A DNA stretch of 62,627 nt, counting the filler, from Basidiobolus ranarum (taxonomy: Eukaryota), in NCBI GenBank assembly GCA_040143965.1. It is 15 parts of 15 records of this genome, joined end to end, with 100 filler letters (N's around TTAATTAATTAA, not from the genome) between each part and the next. Parts side by side here need not be neighbours in the genome. Positions count along the whole stretch, not along the records: positions 50,215 to 54,287 come from JASJQH010009006.1; positions 54,388 to 58,458 come from JASJQH010009007.1; positions 58,559 to 62,627 come from JASJQH010009008.1; 12 more parts are not named here. One strand, given 5' to 3'. A program made the translations under genes and the position numbers. Position 1 is the stretch's first letter; every line of letters starts with the position of its first letter. The notes beneath the pieces were generated by a model. That model had not been told where the DNA came from, did no database searches, and worked only from the letters and a program-made list of their open reading frames with translations. This document shows, one piece after another, positions 51,297 to 62,627 of this stretch.

Positions 51297-51849
51297 ATGT
51301 CTACTCTTCCTACTGGTACGCTTATTTATGAAGTCAACCTTTCCGTTCCGAAAGATAAATATGAGGACTACTTAGGGTGGCTTAGCGCTTTCGTTCGCAA
51401 TACCTGTGAGAGTGTTGATGGTAAAGGCCCATTGCTGGTTTTTTATTGCATGACAGAGCGAGTAACATATCTTGTTTAGGCTTTATTTCCGTCAACGTTT
51501 TTAATCAACCCAAGCCCGGTATAGCTATAAGTTTTTTATTGTTTGTACATCTATTAGAATTGGAGATTAATTTCGAGTCCACTTTGTCAACTCCATGTAG
51601 CGGGCCTTTTCTGGTTATCTGAGGAAGGCGACAGTAAGGTACGCGACTATGAAATCCAGAGAGTTCACATTCTTGTCCTCTAATGATTTTTGAAACTTTC
51701 AGATCTATCTTACTGTTCATTACACCATTCAATCTCAAGAACACCTCGAAACTTACCTTGAAAAAGAGCAACCAGAAGTCGCTAAAGCGGAATACGACCG
51801 CTTCCACTACCTTGTAACCAGTAGAAGGGTGCTAAAAGTATTAATGTAA
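51297..51849 (+). CDS. DUF4286-like small protein (115 aa), 4 exons
   Basis: Exons 51297-51420, 51480-51518, 51601-51638 and 51703-51849 join in frame via GT-AG introns: LIYEVNLSVP..YLGWL..DGF..LTVHYTIQSQEHLETYL..SRRVL. Confidence 0.75.
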
Positions 51850-52494
51850 ATGGCTGATATTTATATCTATACATTATTATGCAGGTGTTAAAAACTGCTG
51901 GAATCTCTGTATATTTGTGTCTATTTCTGTTACATTTCATCATTCGAATGAGTATTCAGTAAAGAGAAGTATTTTCAAACACGCAGAGTACGCCCAACAT
52001 TTGTACTCGTAAATTCACGATACGTTCACTAATGAAAGAATCTAGAGCATGTTTCTTATATTGTTAATCTATTGGGTACCTCGAACCAAGTGGTCTGCAT
52101 TTTGTTTAACATGTAAAATATTCCTATTATGTGGTTCAATCTATGCATGGTATATATTGAAAATCTCTAAAATTCATTATTCAAGTCAATCTAATGACCA
52201 GGCTGTAGCAAGTAGCAAACAGATAGTACGTTCTAATCAAACCACCTAATGTTAAAGGTTTTTCCATCGAATAGAGAAAGGGTTTGATTTTTTTTTGAAT
52301 TTGGATTGAATCTAATCTTTAGCTGGATAAGCACTGAAATGTGAACGCCTATATTTAATATTAAATACATAGGTAACTTTATTAAGAAATTTTTGGGATT
52401 GAAGATGATACAAATGAGAATGATGTGACTAGATAATGTGATTTCCCCTCTTATTTCAATCCCCGTGGGAAGCATTTAACGGATACTTTAGTAT

Positions 52495-54184
52495 TTATAG
52501 AATAGCTGCAAGAGGATGAGTTTCTTGTAGTTGAGTACGAAGAATACGTCTAAGGATTTTGCCATGGCTGTTTCTGGGAATGTGGTCCACAAATACTACA
52601 CCAGCGCGAAGTTTCTTATAATCAACAACTTTGTCATTTACATGGTCAGCAATTTGCCCAGCCAAATCCGGATGAGGATCGTGCATGTCTTTTAATACAA
52701 CGCAACCACAAGGTAATTCGGTCTGCTCCTTTTCAGATGGATAACCAATAACCGCCGCTTCGGAGACTGCAGGATGAAGAAGCAGATGCTCCTCAAGCTC
52801 AGCTGGAGCTACCTGATTGTTATCATACTTAATGATCTCCTTGATACGATCAACAATATAAAGTGCATGCCTGTCATCCATGTATCCAATATCTCCAGTA
52901 TGATAGAACCCATCGACATCAAAAGCATCATGGGTAGCATCAGGGTTGTTGAAGTACCCCTTCATTATACTTGGCCCACGGGCACAAATTTCTCCTCTCT
53001 CTCCAACTCCTAGAGGCTTACCATCCTCATCAATAATCTTGATTTCGAAGTTGGGCATAACACATCCAACTGAATCTGCAGGAATATAGTCGGTAACTCT
53101 AATACAAATTCCTCCGCAGCATTCGGTCATGCCATAGAGAGACCCAACAGTCATATCAAATTTGTCTTGAACGATATTACAAACATCGCGAGACATCGGC
53201 CCGCCAAAGAAATGGCCCTGCTTCAAGCAGCTGAGGTCGTATTTATCAGTCAATGGGCTCTTAGACAACAAGTTAATAGCATTAGGAGGCACTGCCAGAC
53301 TTCCGATACGATATTTATCGACGAGACTAAGCAAAAAGTCGAAGGTATACTTCTGAGGAAGAATGATGAAAGTCTCACCGCCTAACAGGGCCAAGATAAT
53401 CATGAACACTCCCGATATGTAGCACATTGGAGAAGTATTTAATACGGTGCCCTTGGTTAAAATATCACCATAATCCTGGACGAGAACACCATATTGAGCC
53501 AAGTGTGCTACCAAATTTCTGTGAGTGAGCTGTACACCCTTAGGCTTTCCAGTAGTTCCAGATGAATAAATCAAAATGGCTGGGCATTCGGCATATTCCT
53601 CTGCATCTAATGTCCAATTCATTTCTGCAGACTTAGATGCAAGGGCAGTCCATAGGTAGTTTGGTGAATCCACATTGTCCAAAACATAAATAGACTTTGC
53701 AACAGTGCCCGCGATTATGATGGCTTTTTTAACTGTTTCTACAAGGCTTTCAGTGGTGACAATGATTTCTGCTTTAGAATTTGAAAGTTGGTGAGCCATT
53801 TCTTCGGCATTATATTCAGAGTTCACGGTCATGCATGCACCACCTAAAAGGAATGAAAAAGGGTTGTTAATATACATTGTATTATTACATTCAATACTTC
53901 CATTGGAACATACCCGCAGCAATTGCACCAAGAGCGATCGAACCATAGTCAATGTGATTGTCCGAAACCAATGCCATAATACTACCCTTGCCAAAGTCGT
54001 GTTTTTCTCTTAAACCTCTAGCGATGCGCTTGGAACCATCCTTTACTTGGCGCAAACTTCTAGTCTCCTGGGTGAAATGATCCAAGAGGATACCCTTTGA
54101 ATCGTCATAAGTTGCGGAAGTCACAAAGGTGTAGAAATCTATGCTTGGAATTTCGGCACGAGGGTATGGAGAAGTGAAAATCAT
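52495..54184 (-). CDS. 4-coumarate-CoA ligase-like AMP-binding enzyme, 2 exons
   Basis: Exons 54184-53914 and 53843-52495. Motifs YSSGTTGKPKGV, YGMTE, TGDIG, IVDRIKEIIKY, VAPAELE and GKILRR; TATA-like run at ~54233-54243. Confidence 0.92.
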
Positions 54185-54387
54185 TCTAATTATTGGAAGT
54201 TAGAGTGGAAGGATCAGAGGGTGCAAGGTTATTATATATATATTTCATGGCACCCAACCAATATAGGTAGATTGATGAGGCGGAATGNNNNNNNNNNNNN
54301 NNNNNNNNNNNNNNNNNNNNNNNNNNNNNNNTTAATTAATTAANNNNNNNNNNNNNNNNNNNNNNNNNNNNNNNNNNNNNNNNNNNN

Positions 54388-55215
54388 ATAACCACATTTT
54401 TCAATGTGCTAATGGGTTTTTGCATTGTTTGAGCACAATAACAGCAACAAAGCCTAATCCATGGACACAGAGTAAGCACCTGTATAATTGGGACTAATTT
54501 GTTTGTGTGATAATCTGATGGTAATTTTAGGAAAGCTGCAAGACAGACTTCTTGGTGAGATAGATCAAGATATGCAGTATTATTGTTTTAACCATGGGGT
54601 AATCTATTCTAATAATGACACATCTACTTGCGGCAGGACATTTGTTGACTGCAAGTTGGGGACATATTGGCTGAATTCTTTATGGAAATTTACCAAATTC
54701 CAGGAGCTTATTCTCATTGTGAATGGTAATAAGAGTCAGCAATTTGCCAAGTATCAGTGCTATTCAAAATTCAGGTGTTTAGCAATTCTTCCACCATTAA
54801 TTTGCTGGTAAAGCATATTGATGTTGTTGAGTTATGTCAAGTCAGTCAAGTATGTGTGTATGTAGAGACTAGACATAACAAAATTCTTGTATTTTTTGAT
54901 TCTCATCAGGGCTGGAATACAAAGCCTAAAGTATGTAAATAAAGGCATGCATATTAAATCAAATTCCTACAGCTGTAAACCCAGTAATTTGCCATTCAAT
55001 AATTAAATTTTTGAAAAATTGTGGGATATTGAATAATGCATGCCATATTTGAGGATCAATGTTTTAACATGTATGCATACCATCAGGATACCATCAAGAA
55101 ATTACCATCACACCAGCAAAATTCCTGGCAGAATGCAAGCCACTGATATTGTGACAGTTCTCTGATAGTTTGGCTATTTTGGATGGAGGATCTGATTTGG
55201 ATCAAGCCAATTTTA
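54388..55215 (+). mobile_element. CACTA-type transposon remnant
   Basis: Homologous to 12581-13105 and 60870-61440(-). Confidence 0.6.
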
Positions 55216-55239
55216 TTTTTGTTAGGGTTTGGTAAACTG

Positions 55240-56708
55240 CCAAAATTGCTGTATGAACTCAACCAAGTAATTAGGGCATGGTACAACAGGATAGATAACT
55301 CTGTGGAATCACTGGAATTCCAAAAATGCACAGCAGATCACAGTATTTACCCAACAACAACTGGAAATAGGATCCCTATCTGGGCACTCTATGTGGAAGA
55401 CTTGATCATATCCACAGAAGATCTAGAAGCACTTAATCAGACAAAAAGCAGCATATCAAACCCGTTACGGATGACTGATATGGGTGAATTAAGTTATTTT
55501 CTTGCAATCCCAAATAAGAGTGATAAGCCCTATCTGAAGATCATGCTGAATCAGGCTAGATACATCCTATAACACTTCAACAGAATAGCAAGCCTGTATT
55601 ACAACAAATGGATCCAAATGTGAAATTAATCAAAACTTTATCCAATTTGGCGCAAAATGACTCAATTCAATGCCAGAAGTTACCTGATCAATCCATGGTA
55701 GGTGGTTCAGTGTATACAATGGTTGGAACATAATCAGACATTGCTGAGGTGATGGGAACTGTCAGCCAATAACTCAAAAATCCAGGATCTGAGCACAAAG
55801 CTGCAGTGAAACAAATATTCAGGTATTTGAGAGGAGCCATGGATCTAGTTCTGGACTACTCTGGCATGCCTGATGCACAAAAATTGGAAGGCTGCAGTAA
55901 TGCAGACTGGGGAAGAAGCTCTGCAGATAGTAGATAAACAACTGATTACATGTTTCTCTATGGTTATTGAGCCATAACTTTGAGTAGTAAGAAACAACTA
56001 CCTTTAGCATATTCTGCTACAGAAGCATAGTATATTGCTGCCTCTGCTAACACACAAGAAGCTATATGGTTAAGGAAGGTATTCACAGACCTAGGATACA
56101 TGTAAAAGTAAGCTATAACTGTATTTGAACAAAATAAAAGTTGTATTTCATTAGCTTAAGACTCTACATTTCATGTTAGAACAAAGCATGCAGACATTAA
56201 GCATCATTTTATTAGAGGAGCAATAGAAAATGATATAATTGAAGCTGTTAACCATCCTACCAAATCAAATGAATGCTGACTTCTTAATCAAGCCTTTAGG
56301 TATAGCACAATTTCAAAAGTTAGTTTTAAGAGAAATTCAAAATAATCAGTTGAGTGGGAATGTTTGATTTTTGTAAAACACAACTCAGTATTTAGTAGGT
56401 AGTTTATTCATATTCTGATTATTCAGCACTTACTTCTGTTGTTTAAAAAATGTGTTTATTGCTCTGATTGACAGATATATCAATCAGATCATATTTACCA
56501 ATTTTTACTATTTTCTCATAACTTCTCCAATAATCTCAAATCTTGACCCATGCTTGACAGGCTTGTTTATTATAATCTAAGCACATCCAATAGTCATATT
56601 TCATTGTAAACTTGAAAAAATATATTCAATTCAATAAAACCTCAATGTCTAAATCCCAAATCTGAATTTTGTCCAAAACACTTTCAAATCCCATAAATTC
56701 TTTTATTG
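55240..56708 (+). mobile_element. Copia family B RT/RNase H plus 3' LTR (56361-56708)
   Basis: RAWY, LYVEDL and MTDMGELSYFL motifs; purine tract then TGTT-starting LTR B. Confidence 0.88.
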
Positions 56709-57097
56709 GTTTTCCTTGATTACATTGGTTGGATCAATACCAGTAATCAATGAAGATTTTTGCCAAAGTATCTTCCCTGTCCAGTCTTGTTTTGTCTTCC
56801 CTTGTTGTCTACTCCCAAGTACCCTACAGCCTTCTAGCTTCTTGTTGATGTTACCAGTCATGTGCAGCTGCTTGTTATAACAATGGGTACTGAAACCAAT
56901 ACTCCACTCTGATGGATCTATTGGTGAAAATTAGCATTGCCTAAACATTGGTATAGTCATATATATAGCTCAGTACTTAGGTATCTTATATCTCACCAAG
57001 ATATTATCTTTTAGATGCTGTTATTTACCATCTCAGAAACAGTAGTTTAACTTATGTGGTGTATTTAGAAAAAGTACTTTCAGACATTATTGCACAT

Positions 57098-57981
57098 TCA
57101 AAAATGAGAAAAGCTTGATTCATAGTGTCTTAAGTCCAGAGCACTCAATGGATATCTTTGAGTATGAATGTATTGAGAATTGATCAAGATTTTGACTACT
57201 TTGCCTAACTTTGAATGAGGCCCACAAAACAATTTTCCTCTATACTTTCCTGCTACAATGCTATTTCTCTCTAGGAAACTAAAGCTGCGCTCTATTTTTG
57301 CTCAAAAATGGGAAAAAATGTTATTATGAAGCTTTTCCTGCTCTGTTAGTTTCCCATCTCTGGGCCTCTTGTTAGCTGTGACACATCCTAGTCTTCTGCA
57401 TTCTTCCTCAACATATGCCAAATCAGCCATAGTCTTTTCATATCTTACAAATGGTGCATGCCTCTCAACCCAAAGCCTTTTGTCATGGTGTCTCTATGGA
57501 TGTGTTCCCCTAAACCAAATGATGTTTCCTTTCAAATCTGTCAAAGCCTGGAACTTTACACAGTGAGCTTTGTACTTGCCAGAATAGAATAGCTTTTGAT
57601 TGGTTTTTGGGCCTGCTAATTCTCACAGGAAATGTGTCAAGAATACTTCTGATATGAACTCTACTGGGAAATACTCTAGGAAAAGAAAGGAAATTAGGGT
57701 TTCTAAATCTTTAATCCCAGGCACTTTTGACATCATTCATGACTGAAGCTAGATAATTCTCACTCTCTTGAAGCCTGGTTTGGAAGCTTCTCCCACTTTT
57801 ACTATCATCAATAGTGCACTGAAATCTGATTGGGCAATAGTTTATGTAGTAACAAAACAAATTGACTAGCTAGCTTTCTGGAAGGTATTGGAGTATATGA
57901 GCCACAGTATTTCTCAAATATAGCTTTTAGGATGGTGATAGGAAAGCCAGTAGTGCTTTTGGATTTATGAGGAATGACCAT
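57098..57981 (-). mobile_element. Decayed DDE_Tnp_4 (IS5/ISL2EU/PIF-Harbinger-related) transposase
   Basis: Manual translation across 2 frameshifts and 3 stops: ILDTFPVRISRP/QKLFYSGKYKAHCVKFQ..GNII..HD..ADLAY..KRPRDGKLTEQEKLHN..*AKIERSF, with a D-D-D/E triad pattern. Confidence 0.8.
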
Positions 57982-58714
57982 TTAGAGTAGATGGAGAGCA
58001 TGATATTAGTCTTGTATTGAGCTGGCACAATACTGCTTGATCTGGTGCATGTCTATTATTTTTCTAAGAATTTCAATTATCATGGTAAAATTCCCTACAT
58101 TCTGTATAGTAAAATTTCTGTTTGCATTTATTATCCTAATGGTTTCAATTATGTGAAATTGCATGGAAACATCTCAAAGTGGAATGCATTAGGCTTGATC
58201 ACAATATAGAAAATTAAATTTGACATTTTAACCAATAATATCAAAAGATCCCTAATTTTGATTGAAGTTAATGAAGTCTAACATCATAGACATATATGGT
58301 AGGTATGTATCATGTCAAAACAGATTCTTCTTGATTCACAACCTATATTGGTACAGGAAACCACCACTTCCAGAATTTTGTGCACACAGTCAAGTGAAGT
58401 TGTGGGTGTCACAAAGCAGTGTGTGCCTAATGATTTTACAGATGCCCATGTATTTACTNNNNNNNNNNNNNNNNNNNNNNNNNNNNNNNNNNNNNNNNNN
58501 NNTTAATTAATTAANNNNNNNNNNNNNNNNNNNNNNNNNNNNNNNNNNNNNNNNNNNNCATATTGTTCCTTATAGTGTCCAATCAAGTGTTATAGGACCC
58601 AGCCATGGTAATTGACAGATTGCGCCAGAAGATGTACTAGCAAGCTGGATCAAGTGGCATGATCTGACCTGGTCTGATGGACAAGTCTAGTGGGAGTAGT
58701 CAGCCAAGATGTGC

Positions 58715-59680
58715 AAAACCCAGGATCTGAGCATTATGCAGCAGTTAAGTGGATTTACAGATATTGGAAGGGGACAATTGATTTGGGATCAAGATAAACA
58801 TATTCTTATGAGAATTAGGATCTAATTGGGTTTAGTGATGCAGATTGGGGATGTGATATTGAGGACAGAAGATTTATCACTGGATGTACCTTTCTCTGTA
58901 GTGAAGCAGCAATATCTTGAAATAGCAAGGAACAACCTATAGTAGCACTCTCAACAACTGAAGCAGAAAACATGGTAGCATCACATACAACAAAGGAGGC
59001 TATGTGGTTAAGGAAACTATTCCAAGACTTGGGCATTTTCAAAGCTAACCCACCATAATTTTCAAGGATAATCAAAGTTGTATTTCTTAGCTACAAATCC
59101 CAAATTTCATGCTAGAAGTAAGCACATTCTAATTCAACATCACTTTGTAAGGGAAGCTATTCAGAATAAGCACATCAACTACAGCACTGTCCAATTGAGG
59201 ATATGATTGTTGACATCCTTACCAAGCCATTATGCAAGCCAAAATTTGAAGAATTAAGACTGAAGTTAGGATTAAAATATATGAATATTTGGTGTAGTAG
59301 GAGTGTTGAAGTTTATTGCCTTTATCATATTTGTTATCTCCATCTTGATACACCTAGCTATTTCATATATCACATATAAGTTAGTTAACATTACTTAGTC
59401 AAATATCACTTAACTGCAAAACAGAACATATATTATATATATATGTGAATAATGTGATAATTAGCAATGTCATATTGGAAATGTCAAACTTGTCCAAAAT
59501 GCCCCAAAGATAGCTCATTTTACTCCCACAGATGTTCTAAACACAAGCCCAGTGTTAGTTTTCTGTATTTCTACTAAAATGTTTATATGCTTTATTTCTG
59601 GACATCAAATAATTATCTCACAAAGCTACTCACAACTCCACTTTTCTAAAGTTCCTCCAAACAGCCCATATTTTCCCAAT
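58715..59680 (+). mobile_element. Copia family C RNase H plus LTR from 59304
   Basis: [16 protein letters not shown] and DILTKPL remnants; purine tract then TGTTGAAG. The LTR end is approximate. Confidence 0.75.
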
Positions 59681-59689
59681 AAGTATTTG

Positions 59690-60592
59690 TCCCAATGGAC
59701 TCAAATCTTTTATTGATCAATAATGGCTTATATCAGATTTTCTTGGATTCAAGTGAAAGCCAAAAAAATCCTTGATGATCTATGGTTAGTAGTTTGATGT
59801 ATATCACAGTTGGAACAAGGTAATATATTGAGTAGTTGGTGTAAGTTTTGTGCCAATATCTTCCAAATTATGGATCTGATCAAATCATAGCAGTTAAGAA
59901 TATTTTCAGATATTTGAAAGGTATTGTGGATATGTGCTTAAAATGCACATATTTTAGATCAAACTTCAGTATGTTGGATTATTCAGATGCAAATTGGGGA
60001 AGAGGTATTGAAGACCAGAGATCTGCAACTGGATATTTATTTCATAGCTGTAATGCAGCTATTTCTTGGAATTCTAAGAAACAATCTATCATAACATTTT
60101 CACAACAAAAGCAGAATACATGGCTGCCTGTGAAGCACCAAAGGCAGTAAATTGGTTAACAAAATTGTTAACAGACTTGGGATATTTGCAAAATTAACCA
60201 ACTACAATATTTGAAGATAATCAAACTTGTATCATATGAGCTAAAAATCCCCCATTAGATGCTAGAAGCAAACATATAGATGTTAGACTTCATTTCATTT
60301 GAGAGACTACAGAGAATATGCTTATTGATTTAACCTACTACTCTACACATGATATGATTGCCAATATATTTACTGAGCCATTTGCTGGACAAAAATTTGA
60401 GCAATATAGACATTTCCTAGGATTAATATATATGATTATTTAGTTGAGAGAGAATGTTAGGATTAGCATTGCATAAGCAACTATATAGTCATATACAGCT
60501 GAGTACTTTGTAATCGTATAACTCACCAAAATATTACCCATTATCCTCAATTGGGATTTACTTAAGTTAATTGACCAACTTAGAAGTTCTCA
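59690..60592 (+). mobile_element. Copia family A RT tail/RNase H plus partial LTR (60455-60592)
   Basis: YSDANWGR and AISWNSKKQ motifs; LTR A 5' part. Confidence 0.85.
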
Positions 60593-60869
60593 TGTTAGCA
60601 GGCTTTTGCTTGTGGCCAATTTTGATTCAGATTGGGTGCATTTTGTGATCAAATTACAATATCATGATCTTAACTTGGTTTAATTAAATTGCTTAGAAAC
60701 AGCTTATTCATAAGCCACCATTGCTATCCATTACCTGATATATGTTGTAAAACCCCTGATGACTTATCTGTGACACTTTCTAAGAACCAGTTGATTATAA
60801 TCATTGGAAATACCTAAAATTCCACAGTTGTTACTGCAGTTTTGTGATGGTCTTGTGACAATATTCAAT

Positions 60870-62374
60870 CTAGTTAAAATATTGATCTGCAAATTTGGCA
60901 TGAATTATTTAATTTCTGGCAATTTTCGCAAAAATCTAATTTTTGAATGGCAAATTACTGGGTTTACTGCTGTAGGAATTCATGTTCATAAGCATGCCTT
61001 CATTTAAATATTTTTAGCTTTGTAGTCCAGCCATAATGAGAATCAAAAAATACAAGATTCTAGTTGTATTCAGTCTCTACATATACACATACTTGACTGA
61101 TCAGACATAGCTCAACAACATCAATATGCTTTACCAGCAAACTAATGGTGGAAAAATTGCTAAACTTCTGAAATTCAGAGTAGCACTGATACTTGGCAAA
61201 TAGCTGACTCTTGTTACCCTTATCAATGCAAATGAGCTCTTGGATTTTGACAAACTTCAATAAAGAACTCAGCCAAAATATCCCCAACTTGCAGTGAGCA
61301 AATGTCCTGCCACAAATTGCAATGTCATTGCTGGAATAACATACCCCTTGACTAAAACAATAATACTATGTATCTCAATCTATTTCACTAATAAGTCTTT
61401 CTTGTACCTTTCCAAGAAAATATTCACAATAGCATTTCAGTGCATATATGCTCCATTGCAAACACCAAGAATGCATAGCAAGGGCCTATAATCTCTAAGC
61501 ATTGTGAAAGATGCAGGAGGGAATGTATTGAATACATGCAAAGATTAGGTCCATCTTCTTAGAACTGGTAATATAGTTTCATATATCCCATAACAAAATC
61601 TTAACACAGTTTTTGTATCTGCCTGAGATCTGCTAATGTGAGTTGATGCTGTAAGAATGTATTAACAATATCTCCAACAACTCCTAATGTTGCCAATACT
61701 TATCAGGCAAAAATCTTCTCAAGATTCCACCTGAATACATCCAAATCCCATACTTCCAATCTTTGCATTTATATAAACACCTAGATGGATGGATATTGAT
61801 GAAAGTCCTGGTAAAATACAATGGTATCTTGATGTTTTCACACATTTTGTAAATTGGTTCAAACTTAGCTGCCTTCTTGTACTCCCCATTTGATTAAGTA
61901 TTCCTCTATACAGCCAAGTAAGTAGTATTGGAATTTTGTTGAATAATAAGTGCAGAGTATCTAATGGGAAGCTCTGGCTCCTGCTGATCCTCTTAACCAA
62001 TATAATCTCAGGCTTATGGCTAATCCCAAGTTTGATGTTAAAATGACTATTTGGTGAATTGATAGCAGTGAGCATTTTAAAATCTGACCAGGCTCTTAAC
62101 AGTAAAAGCATGAAGCTTGGTGTTGCATTTGGATAGCAGTAATACATATACCTGGTAGATTAAACCCCATTAACCTAACAGAATCTACCACAAGATGGTT
62201 CATTGTGCCAATAAAAAACTCCCAGTTAACTGATTGCAGAGTGTCACCACTACATACAATGTTATTATCTTTAAAAAAATTACCCATCTGCACCCCATTA
62301 ATTAACTATTCAAATTCCACAAGCAAAGGCTCAAAGGAGCTATCTATAAGCACTGGTGATTCAGGTTCAGATAT
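60870..62374 (-). mobile_element. Decayed CACTA/EnSpm transposase and downstream region
   Basis: 62140-62374 is colinear with the Tnp2 fragment at 33505-33730. It is cut at 62375 by a TGTCAC-starting repeat that also matches 56715-56860 in inverted orientation. Confidence 0.75.
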
Positions 62375-62627
62375 TGTCACAATCAGGAACTGGACAAGGA
62401 CTGGAAGCAATGACAAGAGGCTAGAAGATAGGAGAGTACTTTGATGTAGACCACAAGACTACACAAGACTGGACAGGGAAGATACTGTGGCAAGAATCTT
62501 TATTGATAACTGGCATTGATCAGCCTGCGGTCTGATCAAGTAATACATGGTGCTTATATAGATATTGCTAGGTGAAACATAATATACTGAATAGGGAATA
62601 TACTGTGGCAATTTCAAGAGTTGGGGT

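Noticed and set aside
48290-54184. Apparent biosynthetic cluster: double methyltransferase, DUF4286 gene and acyl-CoA ligase
   Set aside because: An artificial spacer at 50115-50214 separates the methyltransferase from the other two genes, so only DUF4286 and the ligase are truly linked.

Overview
This is eukaryotic (fungal) genomic DNA, probably from an early-diverging fungus; a Basidiobolus-like zoopagomycete is a guess from gene content only. It is not one locus. The window holds 15 unrelated contigs of about 4.07-4.10 kb, sorted by decreasing length and joined by 100-bp artificial spacers (N44-TTAATTAATTAA-N44). About half of the sequence is decayed, CpG-depleted transposon debris: several Ty1/Copia families with LTRs, CACTA/EnSpm transposase fragments and an IS5/ISL2EU-type transposase. 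Host genes are a class-3 lipase (5' end), a GPC1 pseudogene, a membrane-anchored pectin-lyase-fold protein, a 4xCBM18 chitin deacetylase, CHO2, transportin (5' end), a stand-alone Miro-like EF-hand protein, JAC1, an intron-containing DUF4286-like gene and a 4CL-like acyl-CoA ligase. RNA genes are four tRNAs (one partial) and the 3' half of U6. The most interesting item is an uninterrupted, bacterial-looking double methyltransferase. It fuses an LCM/TIGR00027-type domain to an EgtD-like domain whose histidine-specificity residues are replaced, so it is a candidate synthase for a non-histidine aromatic betaine, possibly as a methyl ester. All family assignments come from motifs recognised by eye, not from database searches.
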